Shown: positions 25,650-40,284, counted from the first letter of the stretch. The stretch is 64,000 bases of DNA from Octopus sinensis (GCF_006345805.1 NC_043008.1:68572001-68636000), one strand, 5' to 3'. A program made the numbers and translations. Notes: generated by a model from the sequence alone, not told the origin.

Positions 25650-26075
25650 GTGTAACACTATTTTTGTCTTTCAGTAGTAACTGTTATTTCCTATTTGTTT
25701 ACTCTTAGAAAGTATCAAAAATGGTTAATATTTCTTTTGAACTTTGCTTTTGTTACATTTATTCAAACCCCAAGCAATCCCTCTCAACACAAGGCTGTGA
25801 TGCTCCCCCACTACTCCTGCTCATGATCAAAGATGCACATATTTTCAGCCACAAAGGTAAATATCTGGTATTCAGCAGAATATTTGCTATAACGATATTT
25901 CTGCTTCAGTAACTCAGTGTTGAATCTCTCTAAAATGTAATGGAAAATTGACGTTCAGGTCACGAAGCAAAGTTTAAAGGGAATAGTAGTCATTTCCTTT
26001 GATTTCTAGATAGAAGCAAATAGGAAATAATACTTACTGACTAAGGACAAAATAAATAAATTTTGTTACCCAGTG
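25650..26075. mobile_element. Old MITE with ~110-bp imperfect TIRs
   Basis: ttttgtctttcagtagtaactgttatttcctatttg…ttgaactttgcttttg versus cgaagcaaagtttaaa…gcaaataggaaataatacttactgactaaggacaaaa. Confidence 0.6.
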
Positions 26076-26129
26076 TAATATCCACTAACCACTGCCATCA
26101 AAATTGCTGGCCTTGTATCTAAATCAGAA

Positions 26130-26590
26130 ATTATTAATACCAGAATGGTGGATTTGCATATCAATTAGAGCATCAGACAAAATACCTTACAATATTTCTT
26201 CCAAGTCTTTACATTGTGAGTTCAAATCTTGTTGAAGCTCTTCTTTGCTTTTCACCTCTCTGGGGTTGATAAATTAGAGTACCCACCAAAGTACTGCAGT
26301 TGATGGTATTGACTAACACCCCTCCCCTCAAAATTGCAGGTTTTTGTTTAAATTAGAAACCATATGACATTGAGTTTGCAGACTCATTAGAACATGGGAC
26401 AAAATGCTTTGTGATTCCTGTCAAAGGTCAACATTGCCTTTTAGCTCTTTGAAGTTGATAAGACAGGGTACTAGTCAAGTATAAGGATCAACATTATTGA
26501 CTAATAGCCCCTCAAAAAATTGCTGGCTTTCCAGAGTTGATAAAATAAGGTACTGGGATCAATGGTATCAACTAACCATCCCAATAAAAC
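26130..26590 (+). mobile_element. Two tandem old OK-like SINEs
   Basis: Repeated gagttcaaat/…ggggttgataaa…agtac…gttgatggtattgactaacacccctccc units. Confidence 0.55.
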
Positions 26591-26598
26591 AGCCGGCC

Positions 26599-26655
<57 letters not shown>

Positions 26656-26656
<1 letters not shown>

Positions 26657-27388
26657 TATGTTTGACTTTTGCTTTACATTTGTACAAGTTGGCTCCAAGT
26701 CTCACCCAGAGACCTCAAAGGACAACAAGTTGGAAGTTCATCTTGGTGTTATGCCTAGGGTGCCATATATTTGGTTTTGTACTTAGCGTTGTACTAATGA
26801 ATGTTTAAAAAAACCATAAGAAAATCATGTTTGTTTTAAAACTTGAGATTACATAGAAAGTATTTTGCATAGAATATGAGCAGTTCCCATGAACACTATC
26901 TTTTGAATTTCTGCCATTTTGGGGTTTCCTGGTATCTGAGCTAGGTAGCAATCAGACCCTTTTGCTATCATTTCCAGGGCACCTATGACAATAGGTATTG
27001 TTTTAGTCTTCAGATTCCACATTTTGCTGATTTCTATTTCCAGATCTTTATATTTGCTCACTTTCTGGTAGGTCTTGACAGATACATTTATATCGATTGG
27101 GACAGTCATATCAATAAGGAGGCATGTTCTTTGTTTGAAGTCTTTCAATATGATGTCTGGCCTATTTGAATCTATCTTTCTGTCAGTTTGAATGGGGAAG
27201 TTCCAGAGGAGTGAGATGTGGTTATTTTCAAGCACTGGGGCTGGTTTGTGTTCCCACCAGTTTTTTTCATGGGGCAAATCCATGTTTTTGCAGATTACCT
27301 AGTGAATATATTGTGCAGCTCTATCATGCCTGTTGAGCTACTCTGTAGGTGCTAGAAGACTGCACTTGGAGACAACGTGATCAATGGT
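26656..27388 (-). mobile_element. 5'-truncated R4/Dong-type LINE inserted in a (TAA)n array
   Basis: IDHVVSKC…RHDRAAQYIH then ORF 26849-27283 (LLWNFPIQTDRKIDSNRPDIIL…LIDMTVP…KVSKYKDL…PIVIGAL), a 3' UTR and (TAA)n on both sides. Confidence 0.9.
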
Positions 27389-27532
27389 TATTATTATTAT
27401 TATTATTATTATTATATTATTATTATTATCATTATCATTATTATTATATTATTATTATTATTATTTTATTATTATTATTATATTATTATTATTATTATTA
27501 ATTATTATTATTATTATTATATTATTATTATA

Positions 27533-27581
<49 letters not shown>

Positions 27582-27587
27582 TATATA

Positions 27588-27676
<89 letters not shown>
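27389..27676. repeat. Imperfect (TAT)n microsatellite
   Basis: Directly visible. Confidence 0.95.
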
Positions 27677-27677
<1 letters not shown>

Positions 27678-27681
27678 TGTT

Positions 27682-27900
27682 AAGTCAGTAAGCTGGCTGA
27701 ACCCTTAGCACATTGGACAAAATACTTTTTGGCATTTATTTTGTCCTTTTATGTTCTCAGTCCAAATTCTGCCACAGTCAGTTTTGCTTTTCACTCTCTT
27801 GGAGGTTGATGAAATAAGTACCAGTGGAGTACTGGGGTCGATGTAATTGACTAAGCACTTCCAGCAAAATTACTGGCCTTATACTGGAACTTGAAACTAG
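27682..27900 (+). mobile_element. Old OK-like SINE
   Basis: agctggctgaacccttagcaca…caaaatac…gttctcagtccaaattc…ataagtaccagtggagtactggggtcgatg. Confidence 0.7.
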
Positions 27901-28274
27901 TATCATTATTATTGAAAAATATTTTTGAGTTGCTTTCTGCGTTCTTTCGTTTGTCTTACTAATTGTCCGTCTGTCCTGTATGTCCACTTACTTCTAACAT
28001 TCACCCTTTCATCCCAATCGCTTCTGTCACATTACAACTCAGTGCTGCCTCCCACTCCTCCCTCACCCCTCATCTATCGTCTTGGCCTGTTTCTTGCACT
28101 GAAGATCCATATTGTCATTACTGCTCCCACCACCACAACCACCACCACCACCATCTCTGTTGTCATCATCATCATCATCATCATCATTATTGATATTCTG
28201 TTTATTAATGTTGCAGTTGAAAGTGTGTTTGTTTGATTTTTTATTCACACACATATATCTACTATACTCCCTCC

Positions 28275-28322
<48 letters not shown>

Positions 28323-28618
28323 GTATTCATTCACACATGCATACACAAATGTGTGTGTGTGTGTGTACATATATATTATATATATTATATATATATATAT
28401 GCATATAAATATATATATACATAAATAAACACACACACATACACACACACATACACACAAACACATACACCTTATATAGTGACATCCTGTTAGTCCTCAT
28501 TTTCTTCACTCTTTCATCTTTCTCTCACTTTCTTTCATTTTCTCTCTCATTCTCTTTCTCTCTCTCACTCTCTTTCTCTCTTACGCTCTTAGTTTCTTTC
28601 TCTTTCGCTATCTTTCTT

Positions 28619-28654
<36 letters not shown>

Positions 28655-29073
28655 CACTTTTTCGCTCTCTCACTTTCTATCCTGGTCTCTTCACTCCTCT
28701 CTCCTACTTTCTCTCTTACTCTTTCTCTTTCTCCCTCTCTATCTGACACACTTTGTCTCCTCTGATCTTTCTCTACCTCTCTCCCACCCTCATACACAAC
28801 ATTCACTTCACAATATTTTTGAAATTGCGACTCACAACTTAACAATTTGTTAATCTACCACTGCAGTTACTACATATCCAAACACATTGTTATACATACA
28901 TTTATAATATATTTACATACAATTTTATATACACAATTCTACATTTGCACAGAGCCCAGTCGCTGAGGATATGAGGTAGAAAAACATAAAGGTAGGTGGA
29001 ATGGATATGTAAGGATTATCTAATTTTATATATATATATACACACAACTATTATATTATATATATATATTATG

Positions 29074-29117
<44 letters not shown>

Positions 29118-29130
29118 GTATATATATATA

Positions 29131-29369
29131 TTCTCTTTTACTCTTTTACTTGTTTGAGTCATTTGACTGTGGCCATGCTGGAGCACACCCTTTAGTGGAG
29201 CAAATTGACCCTAGGACTTATTCTTGTAAGCCTAGTACTTATTCTATCGGTCTCTTATGCTGAACTGCTAAGTTACGGGTACGTAAACAAGCCAGCATTG
29301 GTTGTCAAGCGATGTTAGGGGTGGTGGTGGCAAACAGAGACACACAAACATATACACACACATACATAA

Positions 29370-29412
<43 letters not shown>

Positions 29413-29560
29413 CATATATATGACGGCTTTTCAGTTTCTGTCTACCAAATCCACTCACAAGGCTTTGGTCGGCCTGAAGCTATATTAGAAGACACTTGCC
29501 CAAGGTGCCACACAGTAGGATTGAACCCAGAACCATGTAGTTCATAAGCAAGCTACTTAT

Positions 29561-29566
<6 letters not shown>
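29131..29566 (-). mobile_element. OR-like SINE
   Basis: Same family as 11703-12097. Confidence 0.9.
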
Positions 29567-29594
<28 letters not shown>

Positions 29595-29968
29595 AATATA
29601 TATATATACATGTACTTACATGTATAAATATATATACATGCTTCCCACATAATCACCGGTATACATATGCTAGCCTATATACATGTATAGATATACACAA
29701 ATATATATATAAGTAGATATACATACACATACATACATACATACATACATACATACATACATACATACATACATAGATATATATAAGTATGTCACACAAG
29801 TATAGGTGTGCATATCTGTGCATGTATGTGCAGGTGTGTATATATAGTAAGTTAGTGTGAGTGTGTGTGCATATATATATATATATATAATATATATCTA
29901 TACACATATATACATACAAATGTATGTGTTTATCTCTATATAAATATAAATGCATGTATATATATATA

Positions 29969-30016
<48 letters not shown>

Positions 30017-30223
30017 GTATGTATGTATTATAGATACATATAAATGCATATGTGTATGTATGTATATGCATATATCTTTATGTGTGTGTGTGTGTAAGCA
30101 TGCACTCACATATACATTGATTGGTACACTATGTAATCTGAACAATTCCCACAAAGCAAAAGTTACATATTCAATATTTTATGCATTTCAAATGCAAAGT
30201 TAGTTGCAGTAGTAGTAGTAGTA

Positions 30224-30293
<70 letters not shown>

Positions 30294-30446
30294 TGATGAT
30301 GATGATCAGTGTGGAACATTTGTTCTTTGTAAACAAGCCCGAAATTTAATTTTCTCCACAAAGCTGGCTTTTATAAGAGAACAACGTGCAATATGTATGT
30401 GTCCAGTTATATGTTGTGTGCATGTGTATGCATCTGCATGTGTACG

Positions 30447-30489
<43 letters not shown>

Positions 30490-30599
30490 ATCTATGTACT
30501 ATATATTACAATTTATAAATACACATATATATGATATAAATATGTACATACCTTTATATTATTATATAATGATGTGTATATATTATATATATATATATA

Positions 30600-30639
<40 letters not shown>

Positions 30640-30744
30640 TATATACATACTGTTATGCAGTTTTATATGACATGTGCATTGCTATAAGTAATAAAGTTCA
30701 ACATTGTGTATATAGTACTTGCTATGATATATTATTGTTGTATA

Positions 30745-30778
<34 letters not shown>

Positions 30779-31854
30779 CTCCCTCCTCTCTCTCTGTATT
30801 ATATATTGTTGTATATTTTTATGTTATACTTACTGGATGCAATATACTTTTCACTCTCTCTTTATACATGTGTGTGTGGGTATATGCATATACATACACA
30901 CAAACACACACACACACATATATATGTATATACATATACATATATATGTATGCATATATATATATATATATCTATATGTATATATATAATATATAAATAC
31001 ATGCATATATATACATATATGTATGTATATATATACACACACCTACATACATGTATACATACATACATACATACATGTATATATATTATATATATATATA
31101 TATTATATATATATATATTATATATATAATATATATATATATATACACATATATGTAATTATTTAAATATGAGTGAATTTGGTGTATATAATGTCATATT
31201 AAAAATTTGATGTATATACACTGTCATACAAGTATTATTATTATTACTCTTATTATTATTGAGAACATTATTATTAATATTATTCCAGTGGATTGGTAGA
31301 ATTTATACATATATAAACAAACTCACTCACGCATACAGATACACACATGCACATGCATACACACCCACACACACACACATACACACACACACACAGTCAC
31401 ACAATCATATGTATTGTGAAACTCAGTGTAATATTAAATTTCTGGACTTTTGTTATTTAATGTTTTATAGCAATTTCTTCATCTGTTTTTGAGTTGGAAT
31501 GCTTCATATTGTTGCAGGAATTGTTGTTAATTCTGGATGTGTACCATTCCTACCATTAACAACCTTTAACTGTGAAGTCTAAAAGGGAGACTGGTTTCTA
31601 TTCACTCTCTTAAAAGAAAGCTAGTTGAGTTATGCTCCCAGGGAAGAATACAATGAATGATTTTGTAAAGGTTAAATATTTGAGCAACTATGAACAAAGT
31701 GTGGCTTGCAGGATATCCTGAATATCCCTTATGAAAAATTGCCCTGAAATCATTTAGTAGTGCACCCCATCTGATCACAAGTTTTATCTCATGTGGCCCT
31801 CCCTTGCAAAAAAGATTATACGTGCCTACTTTAGAGGATTTTTTAATTCTTTTA

Positions 31855-32907
<1,053 letters not shown>

Positions 32908-32914
32908 GTAGACA

Positions 32915-33090
32915 GCTGGTAGTCAGAAGGCAGAGTTGATAGAGCATAATGAAATTTGCTTTGTGGTAATTATTCTGGCTCTCTTGCTCTCCAATTTCAA
33001 ATCATACCAAGGTCAGCTTTGCCTTTCATCCTGGTGTGGTCGATAAATAAATCTTCAGTAATTTACTGGGGTCAATTATTCTCTTTCTTT
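32915..33090 (+). mobile_element. Old OK-like SINE
   Basis: aggcagagttgatagagc…aggtcagctttgcctttcatcc…gtcgataa…actggggtcaat. Confidence 0.55.
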
Positions 33091-33602
33091 CACTCTTATT
33101 TCTGTCTGTCTTTGTCTCCTCTTGAAGAAATCAAATATGGTCAGATACAGAGACTGATAGTCTTCCAGGTCTAAAAATATCCTGACCTATGTCAACACTA
33201 TTGCCCTTTGACTTCATCAAAAAGTTAAGGGCCAAACTAAGGAACAATGTAAGGCACTGTAGCTAAATGATACAATTACCTTAATTCACACAGCCAGTAT
33301 GCATTGAGTTCGTATTCATTGATAGAATAACTACATAGTGCTTAGATAAAGAGAGATGTAAGGTAAACATAGAAGTATTGTTTTTAATAAACATGTGATA
33401 TTTCATAAATATGTGTGTGTGGTGTGTGTAGGTGTGTATGTATGTGTTGTATGTATGTATGTATGTATGTATGTATGTATGTATGTATGTATATAATATA
33501 TATAATATATATATTATATATATATAATATATATATATATATTATATAATACAATATATATAAACTGGTACTCTGGTGGTTACGATGACGGGTTCCAGTT
33601 GG

Positions 33603-33910
33603 AACAAGAGTATAGCTTAGTGGTCAGGGGTATTCGGTTCATGATCATAAGGTCATGAGTTCAATTCTCAGCGATATGTTGTGTCCTTGAGCAAGATACT
33701 TTATCTCACATTGCTCCAGTCCACTCAGCTGGCAAAAATGTGTAGTACCTGTATTTCAAAGGACCAGCCTTGTCACACTGTGGCACCCTGAATCTCTCTG
33801 AGAACTACATTAAGGGTACACATGTCTATGGAGTGCTCAGCCACTTGCATGTTAATTTCACGAGCAGGCTGTTCCATTGATCAGATCAACTGGAACCCTT
33901 GTCGTCATAA
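33603..33910 (+). mobile_element. tRNA-derived SINE, third family
   Basis: A box tagcttagtgg, B box gagttcaattc, gtgtccttgagcaaga; same family as 48215-48530. Confidence 0.8.
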
Positions 33911-34035
33911 TTGACAGAGTTCCAGTCCATCCATCCATCCATCCATCCATCCATCCATCCATCTATCCACCCCTCCACCCATCCATCCATCCATCCATCC
34001 ATCCATCCATCCATCCATCCATCCATCCATCCATC

Positions 34036-34066
<31 letters not shown>

Positions 34067-34464
34067 GCAAGAAAAAGCACTTTTTATCAATTCAATAATG
34101 AAAAATTAAATTATGCCATTTAGAAAAACTACATATTATAGAAAGTTTAAATATAAGATAAAACATATAACAATGATTAAGTAATGGGCAAAATAGTAAA
34201 TAAAAAGTATATATTTGGTAGAATAACGACACGTGTTTCATGGCTATATTTAAGAAATGATAATAGTAATAATAATAGTAAAATCACTTCAATATAAATA
34301 TAGCCACTCTTCAGGTTAAAGATAAAAACAATAAAATAATTAATTAGATAAATTAATAAATATACGTAAATAATCTTGTAAAATACGAAATGTCTTAACA
34401 AATATATTCTTGTTTAAGTAAAAAATAGAATAAAAAATAAGATACAATTAATTAAAATATTCAA

Positions 34465-34539
<75 letters not shown>

Positions 34540-35552
34540 CAAAATATACATTAAGTGAAAACTAACTACTATAATTTAATCTATATACATTAATTAAATT
34601 ATTAATTAATTAATTTATTTAATAAACATCTAAATAAAATCGTATACTCATTAAGTAATTTATTTTAAAAATCTTAATGTTAAGTAATATACATAATGTT
34701 AGTTACAAGCTATAAATATTAGAATTAATAATAGGAAATGGTTTAAATATATACACATCTATTAGATAAACTAACTATATTATAAATATATTAATATATA
34801 CGTAGTATCTATAGATTTAATATTTTACTCAATTATATAGTTGACCAAAATATCAATTAATTTAAAACTAATTTACTTAATGCTACGTAATAAATAGGCC
34901 ACCTAAACTATTAAATAATATATTGTCTTACAAAATTAATTCTCAAATTAAATTATATGTAATACGTTAAATCATTATAAAAATAATAATAAAACATAAT
35001 AAATAAATAGAAATACATATCATAATTAATAATTATCAAGAAATTATATATAAATTAATATTTTAACAACAACAACAACAATAATAATAATCAAATTTAA
35101 TACAATTCAAAAGTTAAATAATATTGTTAAATGAAAAACGTTACTTAGCTTGTTGATGAAAATAATATAACTGAATTTTAAACGTAAAAATGTAGGTCTT
35201 AGCGTTTATAAGAAATTAAACTCGTGAAGACGTGTAAAAAATAGAACAAAATTATCAATGAAAATGATGAAAAATATTTATTAATGAAAAAGACGAAAAA
35301 TATTTAAGCTTCATGAATTAAAGAATATATATATATATATATGTAAATCAGTTCACTTTGAAGTTGCACTAACAATATTGCGAGGATGTATTTGCAGTAG
35401 TAGTGAGTAGTCACTGCAACAAAAATACATGTAGGTTATTATAATATGCTGTATATAACTATAAAATAAAGAGTACATGGAATTACCCATCAGGAGTATT
35501 CACAGAGTGATTAACAACTAAATGTAGATACTCATGTTAAATACTGGTCATT

Positions 35553-35818
35553 GTAAATGAATAAAAAATGCGCCCTTTTAGAGCCTAGCCAGGCTCATGG
35601 GCTCGGTTTCCTGGTTTCTATGGCGTATGTGTTCCCCAGCTGGATGGGACACCAGTCCATCGCAGCGTTACTCATTTTTGCCAGCTGAGTGGACTGGAGC
35701 AATGTGAAATGAAGTGTTTTGCTCAAGAACACAACACGTCGCCCGGTCCAGGAATCGAAACCACAATCTTATGATCATGATGCTGACACCCTAACCACTA
35801 AGCCATGCGCCTCCATAC
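35553..35818 (-). mobile_element. tRNA-derived SINE with 10-bp TSD
   Basis: Head gcgcatggcttagtgg…ggtttcgattcc; TSD actggtcatt at 35543-35552 and 35819-35828. Confidence 0.85.
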
Positions 35819-35839
35819 ACTGGTCATTATGGTTAGCCG

Positions 35840-36140
35840 TTAACTGGAATATGACTGAGAGCTAATACACGCCAGTTGTCAAGTGGTGGTGAGGGGCTAA
35901 CACAGACAAAAAGTCACATACACACATACAAACAGACAGACAGACAGACACACACACACACACACACGTACAGACACGTATATATGAAGGAATTCTTTCA
36001 GTTTCCATCTAGCAAATCTACTTACAAGGCTTTGGCTGACCTGAGGCTATGGTAGAAGACATGCTCAAGGTGCCACACAGTGGGACTGAACCTAGAACCA
36101 TGTGGTTGGGAAGCAAGCTTCTTACCACACAGCCATGCCT
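35840..36140 (-). mobile_element. OR-like SINE, 3'-truncated
   Basis: Head and CORE-like part match the family. Confidence 0.8.
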
Positions 36141-36408
36141 GCCACTAGTTTGTTATGAACAAAGTCAGCAGCTTGTTTAGGCTTGAAGGTCTGGGTATTT
36201 CTAGTCGAAAACACACACCATGTCCCAGAATCCCTTACATCAATAACTGAGTGTATTATGAACACATTGTCATTGTAAAAAAGAAAAGTTGTTCTCCTGT
36301 GACATACATATCAGTGATTAGCATATTTGATTCAAATCAGCAGGAATGTATTAAGAATGAATATGCAAGCCATTGTTTCATATCTCACTGTATATAATGC
36401 AAATAATG

Positions 36409-36875
36409 ATTTTTTTTTTATTGAGTACAATGCAATCTAAAGGACTCTGCTTCTGTCTCATTCGATTTTTGCATATATGAATATATATACATATATAATG
36501 ATAAAATAAAAAAAATTGTAAGTCCTATCTTTTCTTGAATCCATATTTTTCCTTTCATAGAAAAGATCTATCTTAGCACTTCCAAGGTTCATAATTTTAG
36601 GGCAGCCATCTCTATGTTTTTCTATGATGGTACATTCTCTGCAGTAATAAGCATCAGATTGATATACCTGGTCCCCCCAAATGACACTGCATCCTTGATA
36701 TGGACCATAATTGCATTCATCCCAGATATGCACCAATGTGCATGGTCGAACACAAGAATCACATATTACACATTTACCACAAGTTTTTCACAAAGTTTTC
36801 CAATAGCAATATCAGGTTGTTTTTGGCAAAAAATTAAATGTGGATGATGTTTTGCCAGAAGGCTGAAGCTCTCTC
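36409..36875 (-). pseudogene. PHF5A: Processed pseudogene of PHD finger protein 5A (SF3b subunit); CDS-homologous region 36525-36858
   Basis: Intronless (L)[53 protein letters not shown]…[46 protein letters not shown] changed to CTG, four indels (-1,-1,+4,-1), Cys>Trp changes. 3' UTR runs into AATAAAAAAAAAA at 36409-36422. Confidence 0.95.
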
Positions 36876-36899
36876 TTTCTATATATAAAATCATCAGAA

Positions 36900-37140
36900 C
36901 ATTTGTGCAGCACAACAGAACACTTCTATAGCACTACACACCGCTGCCACAACACTAGAGAAAACTACAACAGTACCATAGAATACTACTGTAATACCAT
37001 AGAACATTACTGCTATAATATAACACAACAGCACTATAACAATAGAACACTACAACTTTACCAAAGAACAGTACTACAACATCACAGAATAGCAGCACAA
37101 CACCACAGAATACTGTTACAACTCTACAGAACACTATTAT
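36900..37140. repeat. Degenerate ~21-bp tandem repeat (acaacaccatagaacactact-like)
   Basis: Recurrent agaacact/agaatact motifs at ~21-bp spacing. Confidence 0.6.
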
Positions 37141-37541
37141 TTTTTTTACTCTTTTACTTGTTTCAGTCATTTGATGGTGGCTATGCTGGAGCACCGCTTT
37201 TAGTTGAGCAAATCGACCCCAGGACTTTGTAAGCCTAGTACTTATTCTATCAGTCTCTTTTTGCCAAACCGCTAAGTTACGAGGATGTAAACACACCAGC
37301 ACCGGTTGTCAAGTGATGTTGGGGGGACAGACACAGACACACAAACATATACACACACGTACATATATATATAAACACATATATATGACGGGCTTCTTTC
37401 AGTTTGCATCTACCAAATACACTCAAAAGGCTTTGGTTGGCCTGAAGCTATGGTAGAAGACACTTACCCAAGGTGCCATGTAGTGGGACTGAGCCCGGAA
37501 CCATGTGGCTGGTAAGCAAGCTACTTACCACACAGCCACTC
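37141..37541 (-). mobile_element. OR-like SINE
   Basis: Same family as 11703-12097. Confidence 0.9.
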
Positions 37542-37762
37542 AAAACACTACAAAACATTAATGCAGCATCATATATTTAATACTACACCACATAAAAACT
37601 CTTTGCTCAATCAGGGCTGGCCTGGGGTTAAACAACAACAACAAACTCAGCACCATAGTAAACCATTATTTCAGCCTAGTAAAATAGCCCCATCCACACA
37701 AATACATAGACACACTCATTCACAATCGTTCACTCACTCTCACACCTATCTACCTATCTACC

Positions 37763-37814
<52 letters not shown>

Positions 37815-38307
37815 AACACATACACATATATACATACACACATACATACATATACACATATACATAAATGCACACCTACATGCATAGAGAGAGAGAGGGA
37901 GAGAGAGTCTGTGTGAGAGAATGGTGCTGGTAATTGTTATTGTTGTTGTTGTTGTTGTTGTTGTTATTGTAGTGGTGGTGATGTTGGTGGCACTCATCAA
38001 AGATTGTAGGGACACCATGACAGATGGTTGCCTGGAGCAACCAAAGCTGGGAGGGGGGGCAATGTCAATAGGAGTCGGTGTGTGAAGATGGCTGTTAGGA
38101 CAGCTGGTGATGTCTTCGAAAGATGACGTGATTGGAAAAACAACAACAACAACTACTACTACAACAAAAACAACTACAACTGCAACAACAACATTAAGAA
38201 CAGCAGTAATGACATCAATAAAGAAGGCATCGATGAGGACAAGAATAACACCCCCCACCACCACCACTGTTTCTTCATCAAAACACTTCTAGTCACTATT
38301 CATAACA

Positions 38308-38347
<40 letters not shown>

Positions 38348-38783
38348 GCTGCCACTGCTGCTGCTGCTGTTGCTGTTGCTACTAATGTTACTGGTACTAC
38401 TGCTACTCATACTGCTACCACTAATACCACCAACACCTCCTCTAAAACCACCTGAAATAATGGATCATCTATAGGTAATATTTATTCGATCAATGAGACT
38501 CTCTACATAATGTACCATTAAAGCTGTGGAAGTGGCTGAGTATTCCTGAGAAACAGGTCCGGACGCTTACCCTTAATGGAATTCTTTGCATGTGTATGTG
38601 TGAAGCATTGCACGTTATCATCACTATCACCACCAACATAATATGCTGTGTAAATTTGTAAAATAAGAGGAAATTTCGAGGATGAACAAGTCTCCATGTT
38701 CTATATCGTCATAATTATTGCTTATATATACATACATATGTGTGTGTATGTGCGTGTGTTTTTGAGTATGAGAGAGAGAGAGT

Positions 38784-38856
<73 letters not shown>

Positions 38857-39111
38857 TGCGTGCGTGTGTGTGCGTGCGTTTGGGTATATATCATATATGT
38901 TTGTGTATATATCATAGAAATCAGCTGTAATACATAAGAAAGAAGAGTGGTCTAGTGTGGACTTGTGATATGTATTGAAGCTTAAGATGGCAATTTGGTA
39001 AAGTAATTTTGAAGCGATGCAAATGGAAGGAAGTTAAGTACGAAAAAGACCAAGTGAACATGGCAAGAGATGGAGGCAAGGTGAAACTTGAGTTCAAGAG
39101 ATTCAATGTCC

Positions 39112-39712
39112 TTTCTACTAAGGCACAAGGCCTGAAATTAGGTGGGGGAGTGAGGCAATCGATTAGATTGGTCCCAGTACGCAACTGGTACTTAATTTAT
39201 TGACCTCGAATGAATGAAAGACAAATTCGACCTCGGTGAGAACGTAAAGACAGACGAAATACCGCTAAGCATTTCGCCCGGTATGCTAACGATTCTTATT
39301 TCTTTATTGCCCACAAGGGGCTAAACATAGAGTAGACAAACAAGGACAGACAAAGGGATTGAGTCGGTTACATCGACCCCAGTGCGTAACTGGTACTTAA
39401 TTTATCGACCCCGAAAGGATGAAAGGCAAAGTCGACCTCGGCGGAATTTGAACTCAGAACGTAGCGGCAGACGAAATACCTATTTCTTTACTACCCACAA
39501 GGGGCTAAACACAGAGAGGACAAACAAGGACAGACAAATGGGTTAAGTCGATTACATCGACTCCAGTGCGTAACTGGTACTTAATTTATCGACCCCGAAA
39601 GGATGAAAGGCAAAGTCGACCTCGGCGGAATTTGAACTCAGAACGTAACGGCAGACGAAATACCGCTAAGCATTTCGCCCGGCGTGCTAACGTTTCTGCC
39701 ACCGCGCCGCCT
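39112..39712 (-). mobile_element. OK-like SINEs: older monomer (39112-39297) plus young copy with two tandem 184-bp bodies (39298-39712)
   Basis: Head GCAGAAACGTTAGCACGCCGGGCGAAATGC, GAGTTCAAATTCC B box; unit anchors 39300 and 39484. Confidence 0.88.
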
Positions 39713-40010
39713 TCAAGAGACTCAGTACCATGAAGACGCTGACAAAGGACAATAAGACGGGGCTATATACTGAGTTCGTGAATACGTTTCTAACTCATAC
39801 AAGTGAGGACAAAAGACGTAAAATGATAACGATGATGATGATGGTGGGTGGTGGTGTTGATGGTGGTGATAGTGATAGTGATGGTGATGGTGGTGGTGGT
39901 GGTGGGATGTTGATGGAATAGCATATTATTATGGCCTGTATGACCTACACGCGTTTTCACAGCATAGATTACGGACAGTTGCAGATGCTTCGAAACTAGC
40001 CAAATGGATA

Positions 40011-40047
40011 GACCCTGAAGAAGCTGCACCGAAAAGCGTGTTAGGTT
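40011..40047 (+). ncRNA. Hammerhead-ribozyme-like motif (minimal type I), canonical core, damaged stem II
   Basis: GACC-CUGAAGA-AGCUGCACC-GAAA-AGCGUGU-UA-GGUU; stem I GACC/GGUU. Confidence 0.45.
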
Positions 40048-40284
40048 ACCTCTGCAACTGCCCGTAATTTGTAGGCCATAAAGACCATTATAATATGCTA
40101 AAATTGTAAAATAAGAGGAAATAAATTTTGAGGATGAATAAGTCTCTGTTCTATATCATTATAATAATTGCTGATATATACCCCAGACAATATTACCGTC
40201 CAGCAAAGCGAACACAGAATTGCTCATTTGGAGGAATTTACAGTAACTGACAACTATAGGTAGTCATACATGCATATATGTACA

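Noticed and set aside
28500-28790. Polypyrimidine tract as a functional H-DNA element
   Set aside because: Ordinary (CT)n-derived low complexity, common throughout this genome
34177-34401. Cytochrome b NUMT
   Set aside because: Only a P..YFLF echo with wrong spacing; hydrophobicity is explained by AT richness
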